Source: Eledone cirrhosa | Taxonomy: Eukaryota | Direction of reading: 5' to 3' | Assembly: GCA_964016885.1 (NCBI GenBank) | Contig: OZ024742.1 | Span: forward strand, 156,922,001 to 156,986,000 | DNA length: 64,000 bases | Shown here: piece after piece, positions 27,327 to 42,517 of the stretch | Numbering within the stretch: the first letter of the stretch is position 1 | Layout of the letters: the number at the start of each line of letters is the position of its first letter | Translations under genes and position numbers: made by a program | Notes under the pieces: generated by a model | What the model saw: the letters and a program-made list of their open reading frames with translations, nothing else | Database searches by the model: none | Told to the model about the DNA's origin: nothing

Positions 27327-27328
<2 letters not shown>
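26647..27328 (-). mobile_element. Probable 5' end (UTR + ORF1 start) of another Tx1-like element, with a 36-bp minisatellite
   Basis: Abuts (TAA)n; twin hairpins like the Tx1-A 5' UTR; Asn-rich ORF 26647-27126. Confidence 0.5.
26650..26898. repeat. 36-bp tandem repeat, 7 copies
   Basis: Unit ATTGTCGTTCTCGACCTTACCGCTGTTATTTTTGTT, head to tail without spacers. Confidence 0.97.
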
Positions 27329-27376
<48 letters not shown>

Positions 27377-28310
27377 AATCGCTCCCGTAAGTTTTTGATT
27401 TTTAACATATTTAAATCAATTGTGAAATAACAATTCTTAGTACAAATAATACATAAAGCACCAGACTCAAGTCTCAGAAAATTCAGATCCATAATATCCT
27501 GTTATATCGCTCAAATATTTAATTTTGTATTATACATTTTATATTAAAAAAAAGAAAATGGTTATAAATGGAAGAAAACCTCCTCTGTCTACACTATATA
27601 GAACAGCCAAATAACAGCAATTTCACCAACCCCACGAACTAGATACACCACCTATCCCATCAACCCTCTGTGTACACTAAATACAACAGCCAGATAACGG
27701 CAATTTCACCACCACCACCACCACAAATCTCAACATAATAATAATAATTACTATTATTGTATCTAGTGTTTTCTCAAAATGTTTAATTCAAATTTTAAGA
27801 AATATGTCAACACATATATTAAACATACGCGACAAAACGCATAGATACTACAGATCAAACAAACGCATACTACTACTACAGTCTATTCAAAAAAACTCAG
27901 TAACGACAACGCCACCACTCCATCCATCATTGCTGCCACTATCCCATCACCGCCGCCACCAATCCTTCATTGCTACCACCACTATTCCCCCATTACCTTC
28001 TGTTAACTTAAGAAAGGGGAAGGTGGCGGTATCAATAGACAAGGGAGAGGCTAGCAGAATATATAAATAGATTGACTTAGTGACCCGGCCACCGGCCAAA
28101 CGTAAACGACTATGGCACTGCTGGCTCCCCCCTTCCCCACCAACAATAGAAAAAGCCCCAGCACCACTACCGACATAGCCAACAACAATAACAGGCAACT
28201 TCAGCAAAAAGTATATTATATTATTAATAATTTCATTCTTAATCCACGCAATGTTCACATTAAGGAAGCACTCATGATAATAACAATTTAAAAAAAACAA
28301 CAAGAAAGAA

Positions 28311-31300
28311 AACTCCGTGACGAAGAAATACCGGGATGGCGGCCGGTGGGGAATAGCCGTGTCTCTAGGGGAGAACGACCCCTCTAGTCTTGGTTGACAC
28401 TCGTTCTAGAAGTGGTAACACGAAATGATTACCCCTTGGCGGATAAGGATAAAACGCGACAAAATAAAGTAAATGTCTAATGATAAAATCTCGTACCGGA
28501 TCGGCCGTCACCCGGGTAAAAAAGGGCCGCGTCCCTCAGAGAGGAACCAGACTGGGGTCGAAAAATCAGCTAATAGTTCAAACCTTCCCATCACTTCGGA
28601 GCTGGAGACCTCCCATAACCGGAATACTCCTACTGTTGGCCCTCCTTGCTCACCACCAAGAAATCCAAAGAAAAAGAGAGAAAAATGGTTAAGGGAAGAT
28701 AATAAAGAAGTTATTGAGGCTTTCTACACTGCCATGTACTACCCATCAAATACATCGAATACATAACAGACATATATCAACTGGAAAAGAAACATCCTGA
28801 AAACAGAGGCTATATTGACAGTAACAAACTAGCCAATATACGAAGAAATATTGTAAAAAAAAGTTACTAACTGATATAGAAATTGATCAGATCAAGCTAT
28901 TAGCACAAAGTCAGCGAAGGGAAAATGAAACATGTGTCAGTGAAAACGAGGTAAATTGTAACACTTCGAATGCCAGGGTTGTGGCGGAATCACTGACAAC
29001 AGAACAAATTAAAGAAAGGATCGAAAGAGTGGAGGGAGTGCATGCTCAAGATGAAACTCAAAATGAAAACAATGGGATCGTAAATGATAAAGAAATGAAT
29101 GAGAATGAACTTGCCAACGTGTAGGATGAAATTATGGTCGAATGAATGAAAATGAAAGAATCTGACATGGGGGAACGAGACACCCTCCCTAAGATCCAGC
29201 ACTCCAAACAGAACCAAAAGATAATACAGACGTCTAACATAATTCTCAAAAACATTATCATCACAAACAAACTAAGCATTACTGATTTAAATCATGTCTA
29301 TTATGCATCGGCTAAAGTCACCACTCACTTATGTGGAGTGAAGATGAAAAAACAAAGGGATTCCCACAAGAAATCTACTTGGCAAGAGAACATCAATCGC
29401 CAAATAAACCTTCTCCGATCTGACATAGACATTTTAACAAACTATAAAGTAGGTGAACATGTTAAACAAACTAAACTTAGAAAATTGAAAAGAAAGTACA
29501 GTATAAAATCAACAAGTGACATAGACATGCTGATAGAAATAATCAAGCAAAAAGTGTCGGCCAAAGCTGCTCGTATAAGGCGCTTTGAAAAACGATCTAG
29601 ATTCTATAAGGACATAATATGTTCAAAAACAACCAAAGAAACTTCTACAGAAAAAATTGGTAAGTCAACAATAACTGCTAAATCAATACCACCCAAGGAG
29701 GAAGTGCAAGAATTCTTGGAAAAGATCTGGGCCGAAGAAAAAGTTCATAATATACACGCCCCATGGATAGACAGACAAATGAAAGATACAGCTCACCTTG
29801 AGGGAACAAATATGGGAAAATATAACAGTTGAACAGTTGCGTTTGGCTATAAGAAAAACCAGCAAATGGAAATCCCCAGGAAAATACAAAATAAATGCCT
29901 TCACAGAGTCTCATGAGCTGTTAGCCCAATTTTACAATGAAATAGTTAAGGAGCCAGAAAAGATACCATCATGGCTAGTTAACGGCATTACATTCCTGCT
30001 TCCGAAGAATGATGAGACAAACAATCCCAAAAATTACAGACCGATAACTTGCTTGACCACAATGTATATCATTTTAACATCAGTCCTAACTGAATATACA
30101 TATGACCACCTGAATACAAATGATCTATTTCCTATTGAGCAGAAAGGGTGTAAACGAGGCTCATATGGCTGTAAGGACCAGCTTTTGGTTAACAAAATGA
30201 TACTGGAAGATTGTCATGATAGATACAAAAATCTATCAATTGCTTGGATAGATTATAAAAAAGCATTCGATAATTCGCCACACAGTTGGATTGAAAAATG
30301 TTTAGATGTTTTCAAAATATCTCCCGTTGTCAGGAGGTTTTTGTAATTCAGTATGAAGACATGGAGAACAACACTCCTTTTGAATAGTGAAACAAAATCA
30401 CTGGAAGCTGGAGAAGTTAATATTAATTGTGGAATTTTTCAGGGTGACTCTTTATCACCGCTTTTATTCTGCATCGCGCTTATACCATTAAGTAAAATAC
30501 TCAATGAAACAAAACATGGATATAAAGTCTATGACAAAACCATTAATCACCTGTTCTACATGGATGACCTGAAACTATTTACAAAAAATGATGAACAATT
30601 GCAAGGGCTATTATCCACTGTGGACAGTTCAGTGATGACATTAAAATGGAGTTTGGACTAGATAAATGCGCCAAAGCAACGTTCACCAGAGGAAAGCTGC
30701 TGAAAAGTTCAGACATTAATCTTGATCGGGGGAATGTGATAAGAGAACTTGATCAAGAGGAAACTTACACATATCTAGGTGTTTGTGAAGGAGACGGAAT
30801 CAAGCACTCGACAATGCGGGAAAGGATAAGGAAGGTATGTTACCGCAGTGTAAGAGCAATCTTAAGAACGGAATTGAATGCAAGGAATAGGATCGATGCC
30901 ATAAACACGCTTGCCATACCAGTAGTAACCTACAGTTACAATGTCAACAACTGGTCAAGCACAGAGATCCGTAGGGTCGATACAAAAATTTGAAAATTCT
31001 TAACCATGCACAGAATGTATCACCCTAAGCCAGATACAGATATAATATATCTCCCTAGAAAAGAAGGAGGATGTGGGTTAATCCAGTTAGACATTGCGTT
31101 GAAAACTGCAACAATTGGATTATCTACATATCTAAGGGAATCACATGATGAGATGATCAAACTCGTTTTGAAACACGAAAGCATCAAAAGATCATACTCC
31201 ATTACAAAAGATGCACAAAGATACAGTAATGGACTACACATTTCCGAAGTCCCATTTACTGCTGAAATGGAAAACACAGAAAAAGCAAAGCAGGTAAAAG

Positions 31301-32250
31301 TAACTGCAAAGAAAGAACTGCTACAGAAACTGCCTAAGAAATGGCAAGAAAAGCCTCTGTATGGAAAATACCCAGAACGAGCTAACAATCCTGATGTTGA
31401 CAAAACTTTAACCCATCAGTGGTTGGCATCCTCTGGACTGAAATCGGGGACTGAAGGACTGATTATATCAGCACAAGATCAGTGTCTGCCAACAAAAAAT
31501 TACCAAGCCAACATAATAAAAATGGATGCAGCCCATTATGCCGTGTATGCAAAAACCAACCAGAGACCGTTGACCATATAATTTCAATGTGCAGTCCTAT
31601 AGCTCCAACCGAATACCTAAACAGGCATGACAGAGCTGCACAATACATACATTGGATAATGTGTAAGCATTTTGACCTGCCCCATCAAAAGAATTGGTGG
31701 GAGCATCAACCGCCACCCATACTTGAAAAAGATCACATCTCAATCTTGTGGAACTTTAGCATCCAAACAGACCGAAAAATAGATGCAAATAGACCTGATA
31801 TAATATTTAAGGACTTTAAAAATAGGGTATGCCTGCTAATTGATATGTCTGTTCCAATAGACAAGAATGTATCTATAAAAACATTTGAAAAATTGAGCAA
31901 GTATAAGGACCTGGAGATAGAAATTGGAAAAATGTGGAAATTGAGAACTAAAACAATACCAGTGGTTGTAGGCGCTCTGGGAATGATACCTAAGGGGTCT
32001 AATGATTACTTATCGCAACTCCCAGGAAACCCGCGTATAGGAGAAATACAAAAGATAGTACTAATGGGAACTGCCCATATACTAAGGAAGATTATGTCAA
32101 TATAAGTACATCATAAGTCTAAACACTAAAGATGCATGTGTAAGTATGTATGTTCTTTCTTGAACATGGCGGACCTTGTTGTCTCTTGAGGTCACTGGTT
32201 GTGACTTGGTGATAACTCGTATGAACATAAAGCAAGATAAATGCAACTGT
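28311..32250 (+). mobile_element. Near full-length decayed Dong/R4 element, family B
   Basis: Frameshifted fragments 28473-32105: NYRPITCL, EQKGC, WIDYKKAFD, GIFQGDSLSP, FYMDD, CRVC..HIISMC, RHD, NRPDI; ends in (AAT)n; 5' boundary approximate. Confidence 0.92.
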
Positions 32251-32274
32251 AATAATAATAATAATAATAGTAAT

Positions 32275-32775
32275 GTTTTGCTTATTTGCCACAAGTGCTA
32301 ACACGCAGAAAAACAATACAGAATGGTACAGGACGATACAAAGTGGGTTTTGGCCGTGTGATAAAGGTTATAACAGGAAAATTGAAATGAGTCAAAACAA
32401 ATTAAAAAATTCAAACAAAAATTTCCCAATAGGTGTATAATTCCGTGGGTCAATCGTGGCGAAAACCACACAGAAATCACGGCCAACCTCGCTCCCCAGG
32501 CCGACCAGCCTCTCTCAGTTCCTCGATTCCTCAGTCTACAGCGCTTAATCAGAGTGGGTCCGTTCACTCGGACCAGACACGCCACTTTTACCCACCGTTC
32601 AACAAATTTACTAGAAGACAGCATCATTTTCCTCTTCAAGTGAAATTTGAAAAATGTTTATCAGGGTTTAGCTTGAGAGGAAAGTGTCCGTCATCAATCA
32701 TTTCAACCTTGTCCACCACCCAATCTCTTTGGCCATGGCCACCAGGTAGCTTTCATCTGCCTGTCCTTCCTCCTC
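32275..32775 (-). mobile_element. 3' fragment of a third Tx1 subfamily (C), tail to tail with Dong B
   Basis: ORF 32298-32639 LSSSKFVERWVKVACLVRVNGPTL matches the Tx1 ORF2 C-terminus; related 3' UTR. Confidence 0.85.
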
Positions 32776-32783
32776 AATAATAA

Positions 32784-32920
32784 TTATTTCTACTTTTTGG
32801 CCAGCAATTATCCCAGTGCATTATTGGTGTTTATTTTATCGACCACGTACGGATGAAAGATAAAGTTAACCTCGGCAGGATTTAAACTCAGACCGCAAAT
32901 GGACGCAACTCTACCGATAA
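32784..32920 (-). mobile_element. Decayed SINE copy
   Basis: TTTCTACTTTTTGGCCAGCAATT..GGATGAAAG..AACCTCGGCAGGATTTAAACTCAGA. Confidence 0.8.
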
Positions 32921-33840
32921 CAACTGATCTGACTTGGGGATCTGGCCTGATTAGTTGGAGACGGTTACAACTTACAGAACCTGCCGGAAAAGTTGTGTGA
33001 GGATTCTCCCTCCAGAACACTTTCAGGAATAAATAGGCGAAGAAGAAGAAGAAGAAGAAGAACATGAATCTACTACTCTGAATATATCACATGATATATT
33101 TAAATACAGCCTGAATTAAGCATGTATGACTTTATATATTGTCGTGTCGATGTATGCAAACAAGTACATATACATTCATACAAGTTTATATATATACACA
33201 CACCTAAGGCACATCCGGGTATGAATCGGGGGTTTATTTCCCGCTTCTCGTTTTTTTCTTTGCAATACGTATTGTAAATGATTACGTTTCAGGAAAGGAC
33301 AAGTAATTATGACTTTCTCGTCAATATAAGATTAACAGTCCTCAAGTGTATCTAAACGTAATCCATTCGTAAATATATTTAAACCTTATAATCGATGTGA
33401 CTTTTATTGCCTTACAAGCTATATGGTAACCAGCAAACGTGCCGCCATCGTGTCTCCACTGAACAGTAACTAGCCGCTTTTGTAATCAGATCTTTACTTC
33501 AGATAATATTAATCGTGTAATTACAAATAGTGTGTGATGGACATAAATACAATAGAGAAATGGCCTCCGTATCCCATTCGGTCATCTATTAATTTCGCCT
33601 TGAGTTTCCATTTGATATAGTAAAGCAATTAATTCTGAAGTCCTTCCTTTCCCTGTATTACAAGAAATTATTATATTAAATATGTACACATTTCCTTTGC
33701 TAATAATCCTAATCAAATTAACAGCATTCCAGCTATCCTAGTATGTATTTATTAAAAGCAACACTTAATATACATATATGTATATATATATATAAGTGTA
33801 TTTATATGCGTGTGTGTATGTGTGTGTTTGCGTGTGTGTT

Positions 33841-33872
<32 letters not shown>

Positions 33873-34014
33873 TGTGTGAATCATACTATAAGTGTGCTGG
33901 AAAATACCGCTTGGAAGTTACACAACCGATATAATATATTCGACGCTTCAATGTCATTGTTTTTATTTTGCATTTTAGGGATAATCACTAAATAAATAGT
34001 TCACATTATTTCTT

Positions 34015-34140
34015 CGTTACGATCAGAGTTCAAATCCCGCCGAGGTTGACTTTGCCTTTCATCCTTACGGGGTCTATAAAATAAAGTACCAGTAATGCAC
34101 TGGTTAATTGCTGGCCTTGTACCTAATGTAGAAACAATTA
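34015..34140 (+). mobile_element. 5'-truncated SINE copy
   Basis: GAGTTCAAATCCCGCCGAGGTTGACTTTGCCTTTCATCC..GTAGAAACAATTATA. Confidence 0.88.
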
Positions 34141-35014
34141 TATCTTTTTGGTGAATTTCCTCGAAACACAGTCTCTCATAGTTTTCATTCCACAACTAAC
34201 AACCTAATACCGAAATTCATCATATGGTATTTCTTCCACCCTGTTAGCATGATATTTTCTGTCCTGATCAATTTATACCTCACTTAGTTCCGGCCTTTAT
34301 TCCGTCTGTTAGTGGTGCTGCACGTGCTGCAGGTGTCAGCTTGGGGGGATGGGGCGTAGATCCGGGGACCGGGGCAGCGAGCGGCGTCAGGGGTGAATGG
34401 CTGGCGTGTGTGGGTGGAAGGGAAAGTGCTAGTAAGAGGGCCTCATAGCTCACATACATCAGATATAGAGGTGTCAGAAGACAACAGAGAAAAGAAGGGG
34501 CGGCACGGAGGGGGTCACACAAGTAGAATGTTATCAAATGAATGAGTGAATGGATGAATGTACAAAAAAATGTGTAGGGAGGGGGAGAAAGCAGGGGGTT
34601 GTTCCTACGGAAAGACCCAGAGTTCAGCACGCACACATTAGAGCATGTTAGCAGTTTCTCATAGGACCTTGTGGCTGGAGGTGAGTCATTCAATCTTGAA
34701 AACATGTTTTCTTATTGTCAATATGCTGGTGTTGGCTTCCTCTTGTTAATGGTAGTGTTGTGATTGCTGGTAAGATGTTGGTGTATACACATATGTGTTG
34801 TTGTTGTTAATGTCACAGTTTTGTCGTTGCCTTCCTCTTGTTAATGGTGGTGGTTGATGAAACTGCTACCAATTCGGGCTGCCAGGCAGTATGTTGAGTC
34901 TCGAGTGCCTTCTTTTACTGAAGATGCGGTCAGTGGCTTTCGGCATCATTTGGCAGCACAGCGGCAAATAAATATATTCTCAACTTTTTTGATTTTTTCT
35001 TTCACTGTCTAATC

Positions 35015-36215
35015 TGATTCAAATTATTTGGCAGTGAGTTGGTGGTCGGTTTGGTTTTGTTTTGTTTTATGTTTCCATTTTTTTTTCTTTCTTTCTCTCG
35101 CTCTTCTCGTATGTTTCGGTGCACTAAATTTGTAAGAATCCTATCGATGGTTAATAGCATTGATTGTGAATTGGCAGTATCGTTAGAGGGTCGGGCGCCA
35201 TGCTTTGACGCATAGAGATACGGCCGTTGCTATTCTGAGTTCAAATCCCGCCGAGGTTAACTTTGCTTTTCATCCTTACGGCGTCGATAAAATAAAGTAC
35301 CAGTAATGCACTAGGTTATTGCTGGCCTTGTGCCAAAAGTAGAAACAATTATTTGAGGTTTCCATTCTAGGATGTATTCCATCATAACAGCACATACTGC
35401 TTCCCAGCATCATGGATTAAACTGTGAGGTTAATGCCTCAAATGTTTGGAGCGAATGTTTGACTATTGGGGAATCAGATAATCCAAGCGTAAAATCATCA
35501 ATGTAGATATGGATAGAGTCTGGTGGATTTAGGAATGTGTTAGAAGTGATGAAGCAGCGTGGTAAATGTTTAAGATAAACATTCATTAACTCAAGAGGAT
35601 TGGTGTCTGATGCAAGAAAATTCCTTCATCGATGTCAGATTCAATATCTTTATGGACATCACGTGTTGGGTTACTTATGGCGAACTATAATGTTTAATAA
35701 TTCGCGACTAGTATAACAGCTTTGTACGGCTCTCATTGCAATGGGAGGAAAAAGTCTGTAACTTGGTATGCTTGCACCATGGAATGGCATAATATTAGCA
35801 TACCACATACATATATACACATACATGTATGCCCACGTACATATGTGTGTTGGTATGTCAAATACACACATATATATGTGTATATCCGTGTGGGGAGCAA
35901 CACGTGTTGGTTTGTTGTTAATGTTGTTCCTTCTCTCTTTCTAATCCGATTTAAAAAATTATTTGGCAGTGAATTGATGGTCGGTTTTTTTTCCCCCTTC
36001 CTTTTATTTTGTTTCTTTCTCTCGCTCTTCGCGTATATTTTGGTGCGTTATATTTGCGAGGTTGCTATCAATGGTTAATAGCATTTATTATTTGTGGTTA
36101 TGTTTCCATTCTAGGATGTATTCCAACATAGGAGCAAATCTGATTCCAGGAATCTTGTATTAGTCAGTGAATTAATGCCGCGAATATTTTGAACGCAAAC
36201 GTATCATCAATGTAT
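35015..36215. repeat. Diverged tandem duplication (~35015-35510 and ~35950-36215); first copy carries a + strand SINE at ~35162-35350
   Basis: Shared AAATTATTTGGCAGTGA, CTCTCGCTCTTC, ATGGTTAATAGCATT, TTTCCATTCTAGGATGTATTCCA. Confidence 0.85.
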
Positions 36216-36432
36216 AGTAAACACATCTTAAATAGAGCTTGGAGCAGATATTACGTTAAGAGAACATTCAGACAGAGTAGATGTGGAAAAGTTGAAAACG
36301 TTTACCTCGTTTGGTGTTGAATTTGTAGGTCCAGACATTTGTTTTTTCAATCACAGGAAAGTGCACACAGATACATATATTAATGAACATGTATTTTACG
36401 TTAAACACAGATTGACATCAGTAAATAATAAT

Positions 36433-36739
36433 TGTTTCTACTTTTGGCACTAGGCCAGCAAAATACCCAGTGCATTACTGGTACTTTATTTTATCGGCCC
36501 CGTAAGGATGAAAGGTAAAGTTAACCTGGGCGGGATTTGAACTCAGAATGGCAAGGTCCATAACTCAATGCGTCAAAGCATGGCGTCCGACCCTCTACCG
36601 ATACTACCAATCCACCAGTAAATAATAATTGTTTCTACTTCAGGCACAAGGCCAGCAAATACCCAATGTATTACTGGTACTTTATTTTATCGACCCCGTA
36701 AGGATGAAAGGCAAAGTCAATCTCGGCAGGATTTGAACT
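36433..36739 (-). mobile_element. Two tandem SINEs with a triplicated 14-bp target site
   Basis: CAGTAAATAATAAT at 36419-36432, 36616-36629 and 36740-36753. Confidence 0.92.
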
Positions 36740-37352
36740 CAGTAAATAATAATGACGATATTTAGATATAAAGATATAAATGTAAATATCTCTATCTCTT
36801 CTGTTTATATCATCACCTGGCTAGGGCATTTTCGTGGTAGGGTGTTGCCTTATCGAAAATATTTTTTGTTGAGAAGAGGCTGTGGAATATACGGCTATTT
36901 ACAGTTACTAAGTTTTTGAAGGTGCCATTAATGTCCGATTATATATGTACGTCATTCAGTAGATTTAAAATAAGATTTGTATGTATTACAAATCAAGATA
37001 AATGTAACATCTACAAAATCTACGATAGCGAAAATAGTAGGTTTGATTTTAACTACTTCATCCGTAACGACATCTATCAGTTTATTTTTCTTTTCTATTT
37101 TTAAACTATCAAAAGTTCGATCAAATTAATGAAATGATATCGCTCAATCGTCTTAGCTGTACGAATAGACCCGAAAGATTTACAACCAATTCTTAAGTTT
37201 GATCTGTGTGTATAATCAAATACATTTATGTAAATCCGTGGTGTCGATTGTTATCATACTCTATATAATCATGCGTTGGTGTGTGTGCGCATTAGTTTAT
37301 AAGTGTGCATTGCTGAATATATTAATATGTATATGAATATGTATATGAATTC

Positions 37353-37439
<87 letters not shown>

Positions 37440-37642
37440 AGTGTGTCTGTGTGTGTGTGTGTGTGTGTCTATGTGTCCGTGTGTAGCTGTGTGCAGTCGT
37501 GTGTGTGGATTTGAAAACATATAAATATATCTGTTTATGTGCGGTATGTGTGTGTTTGAAAACACACACATATATATTTATATGTTTTCAAATCCACATA
37601 CACGGCCGCACACACATACACAAACACACACACCACACGCGC

Positions 37643-37742
<100 letters not shown>

Positions 37743-38214
37743 ATACATATACACACATATATGCTCGCATTTCATAGATTTTGCAACTACAATCTATGCT
37801 TATATTTTATACCTTCATACTTTGTAAAATTGCATACTCATGTCGATTCTAAACTCATCTGATAATGGATGTTGAGCGACATATTCCCGTTTTAGTCCAA
37901 GCAAAAGTCTATCTATTGATCAGTTTAACTGAATATGTTTAAAAGATAGACAAATATCATAAAACATACATGCAATCTATTCAATTCATGACCTAGTCTG
38001 CGTTTATCACCAACATTATACAATCTTTCAGCCATTGATTTTAATCATAATCCTGCAAATTTGTTGAGATGACGTGACTAGGTTAAAGATCAATGTGAGG
38101 AAACTAAACACTTTTAATTAGAAGTCATCACATTGTTTGGTGACAAAACATGTCTAGACAATATTCAAACATACTCACACACTCATACTCAGAAACACAC
38201 AAACACACACACAC

Positions 38215-38279
<65 letters not shown>

Positions 38280-38360
38280 TATTCCGGGTTGAATCGGAGG
38301 TAACCACAGTAGGTAAAGTACTCAATACATTGCAGAGTATAACAAGTTTTAATATAGAAG

Positions 38361-38411
38361 AGCTTCTACTTGACTAGAACTGTTTCATTCGTGAGAAATC
38401 ATCAGGAAGCT
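38361..38411 (-). ncRNA. Hammerhead ribozyme in a PLE pLTR remnant (from ~38275)
   Basis: Minus: AGCTTC-CTGATGA-tTTC tcac GAAt-GAAAC-agttctagtcaa-GTA-GAAGCT; AAAGTACTCAATAC motif shared with the 2.5-kb remnant. Confidence 0.7.
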
Positions 38412-39073
38412 GGCTGTCCAAGTAAAATGGTAGTATTTATATCTTTCCTTATCTGGTGGTAGGAGAGGGTGGCGATTGGGATGGGTGTAGGTTATTGGAT
38501 GAACGAATTAAAGAAAAGGGAGTTCATTAAAAGCTAATACTTTAAAGTTATAACATTAACAAAGGCATAAAGAATACAGTAAGCAAGTTCAAAATTGGAA
38601 TACCAATCCTTGTTTATCACTAACAATGCCTGCAAGACAGGTGTCTACAGGATGGGAGGGGTTCAATGGTTTAAAGAAAAGGGAAAATCTGTCGAAGCGA
38701 ATTCTTTAAGGCTGAAACAAGAGTGACAAAGGCAGAATTGTTTCCATCATCAGATTCAAGTGTTTGGGTGAACACCCTTATTGTGAAGTTTCCCTTAATA
38801 TATATTCCAGGTGTCGACAAAAACACTCACACACGCGCGCACTTACACACGTACACACACTTACAAGCACGCACACACAGGAAGGCACACACAAAAAACA
38901 GACATAATGGTACGTACACACATACGTACATACAAATATATACATACGTACATACAAATATATACATACAAAAATACATATATATGGGTACATACATACG
39001 CATACATATATATATAAACATATATATATACATACACATACGCATACTTACACATTTACATATATATATATAT

Positions 39074-39189
39074 ATTTATTAAAATAACAGATTAAATTTT
39101 AAGCAAAGAATCGGTGCTTTCACCCTTAACGGGATCTTGGTGAAATCTGCGATTCTTTGCTTAAACTTTAATCTGTTATTTTAATAAAT
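39074..39189. repeat. Fold-back inverted repeat (~50-bp arms) at a (TA)n edge, probable PLE terminus
   Basis: ATTTATTAAAATAACAGATTAAA..AAGCAAAGAATCG / CGATTCTTTGCTTAAA..TTTAATCTGTTATTTTAATAAAT. Confidence 0.8.
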
Positions 39190-39274
39190 GTTTGCTCTAC
39201 TCTTGTTATATATTTGATATATATTTATCCTTATCGAGCTCTCTTTGAATTTTAGTCTTCAAATTTATTATTAT

Positions 39275-39325
<51 letters not shown>

Positions 39326-39756
39326 CACACACACGCTCTCATGCATACACACCACGCGCACACACACACATATTTTTTCCTAATATATATATATATATTA
39401 GGAAAAAAATAAGGAAAAAAAAGCAGAAAAGGCTAATAGGATTTTCTCATAGAATAACAGCAAATATTTTTTTTAAAGTAATTTATCGTACCGGTTTCAG
39501 CCGACACCTTTTTTTCAATAAAATGATTTGAATTTTGCGAAGTGACTGAAAGTTTGCCGTTGTTGTTTTTGATCTACCGCAGATCAACTCAAAGGAAGCG
39601 GAGTTATATTTATAATGTTTACCACACATTGGGTAATATACGGTTAGCTTTCTTTCGGGAACATAAAACCGGGCATTGCATTTTAGAAACAAAAGGAGTA
39701 AACATGAAAATAAAGTAAATTATGGCAATTAATAACAAAAAATGTACAATTTAAGT

Positions 39757-41050
<1,294 letters not shown>

Positions 41051-42233
41051 GTGTGTGTGTGTCTGTGTGTGAGTGTTTGCCTGCCTGTTTGTATTGCTTT
41101 ATTGAGTTCATACAATGAGTGGGTTATACTGCCTATAAATGCACTGCCATCAATTATGTTAACCAGGCAACTATATCCATTCACCATTTGGATCTGTAAC
41201 AGCACTGTCATATCCAATCTGTTCGAACTATACACTGGAATAGTTAGAACATTATTAAATCGAAAATGAGACACGGTGAGCAAAATTAAACGTTGAACAT
41301 ATAACAGTATTTGTGATGTAAGAGCTTTGACAATTTCACTGTTCATCAGCAACTTACTGGAACATTAGTTGTCCAAACATTATCAGGTTCTGTGAAGTAA
41401 TTTGTTGTAAATATTTGTAGTTTCTTGATTTTTGTTCGTTAATTCTCACATGGCCTCACCTCAGATATATAATGTATGTAGAGTTTCATGCAAATGGTTA
41501 AGTGGCAAAGATACTTCAAAGTTACTTCTACTATAGAAATTACATTGTAAATTTCATGCGAGTGCTATTTGTTGGCGGAATCTATGTTGCTGTGTAGCCG
41601 TACCTAGGCTAACATGTATTCTCTCTTTAAGCCCAGTATCTTATCCGTCGACGGTCAGGCACCCATACATTCCGTACCACACATTATGAAATTAAGCATA
41701 TTAGGATTGATGTGGTCGAATCAACCAATTCAATGTGTTGCCCCAGTAAGACCGCAATCTAATATGTGTAGCGAGTAGAAGAATAATAGAATAAAATGTT
41801 AGAAGAATAGATGAATATATGTCCGTCTGTGTGTACTGAAGTATGAGGAAATTATATAATAGAAGATACGTATTAACCTTCTGTTGACTAATTCGCATTC
41901 ATGTTGCTCTGAAACATAACCTAGAGCAGGCCTGAAAATTTCTAGCGTAATTGGTAAATTAACGGTAGGATAATGGAGGATAGAAACGCACTAATTAGGT
42001 GCATGAACTCGCCGTTGAGACAGTGAACATATAACAACACATACACACACGTACACGCACACATACACTGACAATATACATCATTCAATCATTAATATCA
42101 ATAGCAATATATATATAGAGAGAGAGATAGAGAGGGGAAGAGAGGGAGAGAGAAGGAAAGAGAGGTGGATAGATAGATAGATACATAAATAGCTATAAAT
42201 ACATACACACACAAATTCATTCACAAAGACACG

Positions 42234-42500
<267 letters not shown>

Positions 42501-42517
42501 TATGTATATATATATAT

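Noticed and set aside
39372-39410. Small palindrome TTTTTTCCTAA(TA)nTTAGGAAAAAA
   Set aside because: Short and centred on self-complementary TA; likely local fold-back repair, no function supportable.
39483-39692. Possible host exon on the minus strand (also 41070-41350)
   Set aside because: No recognisable domain, and splice signals are not distinguishable from chance.
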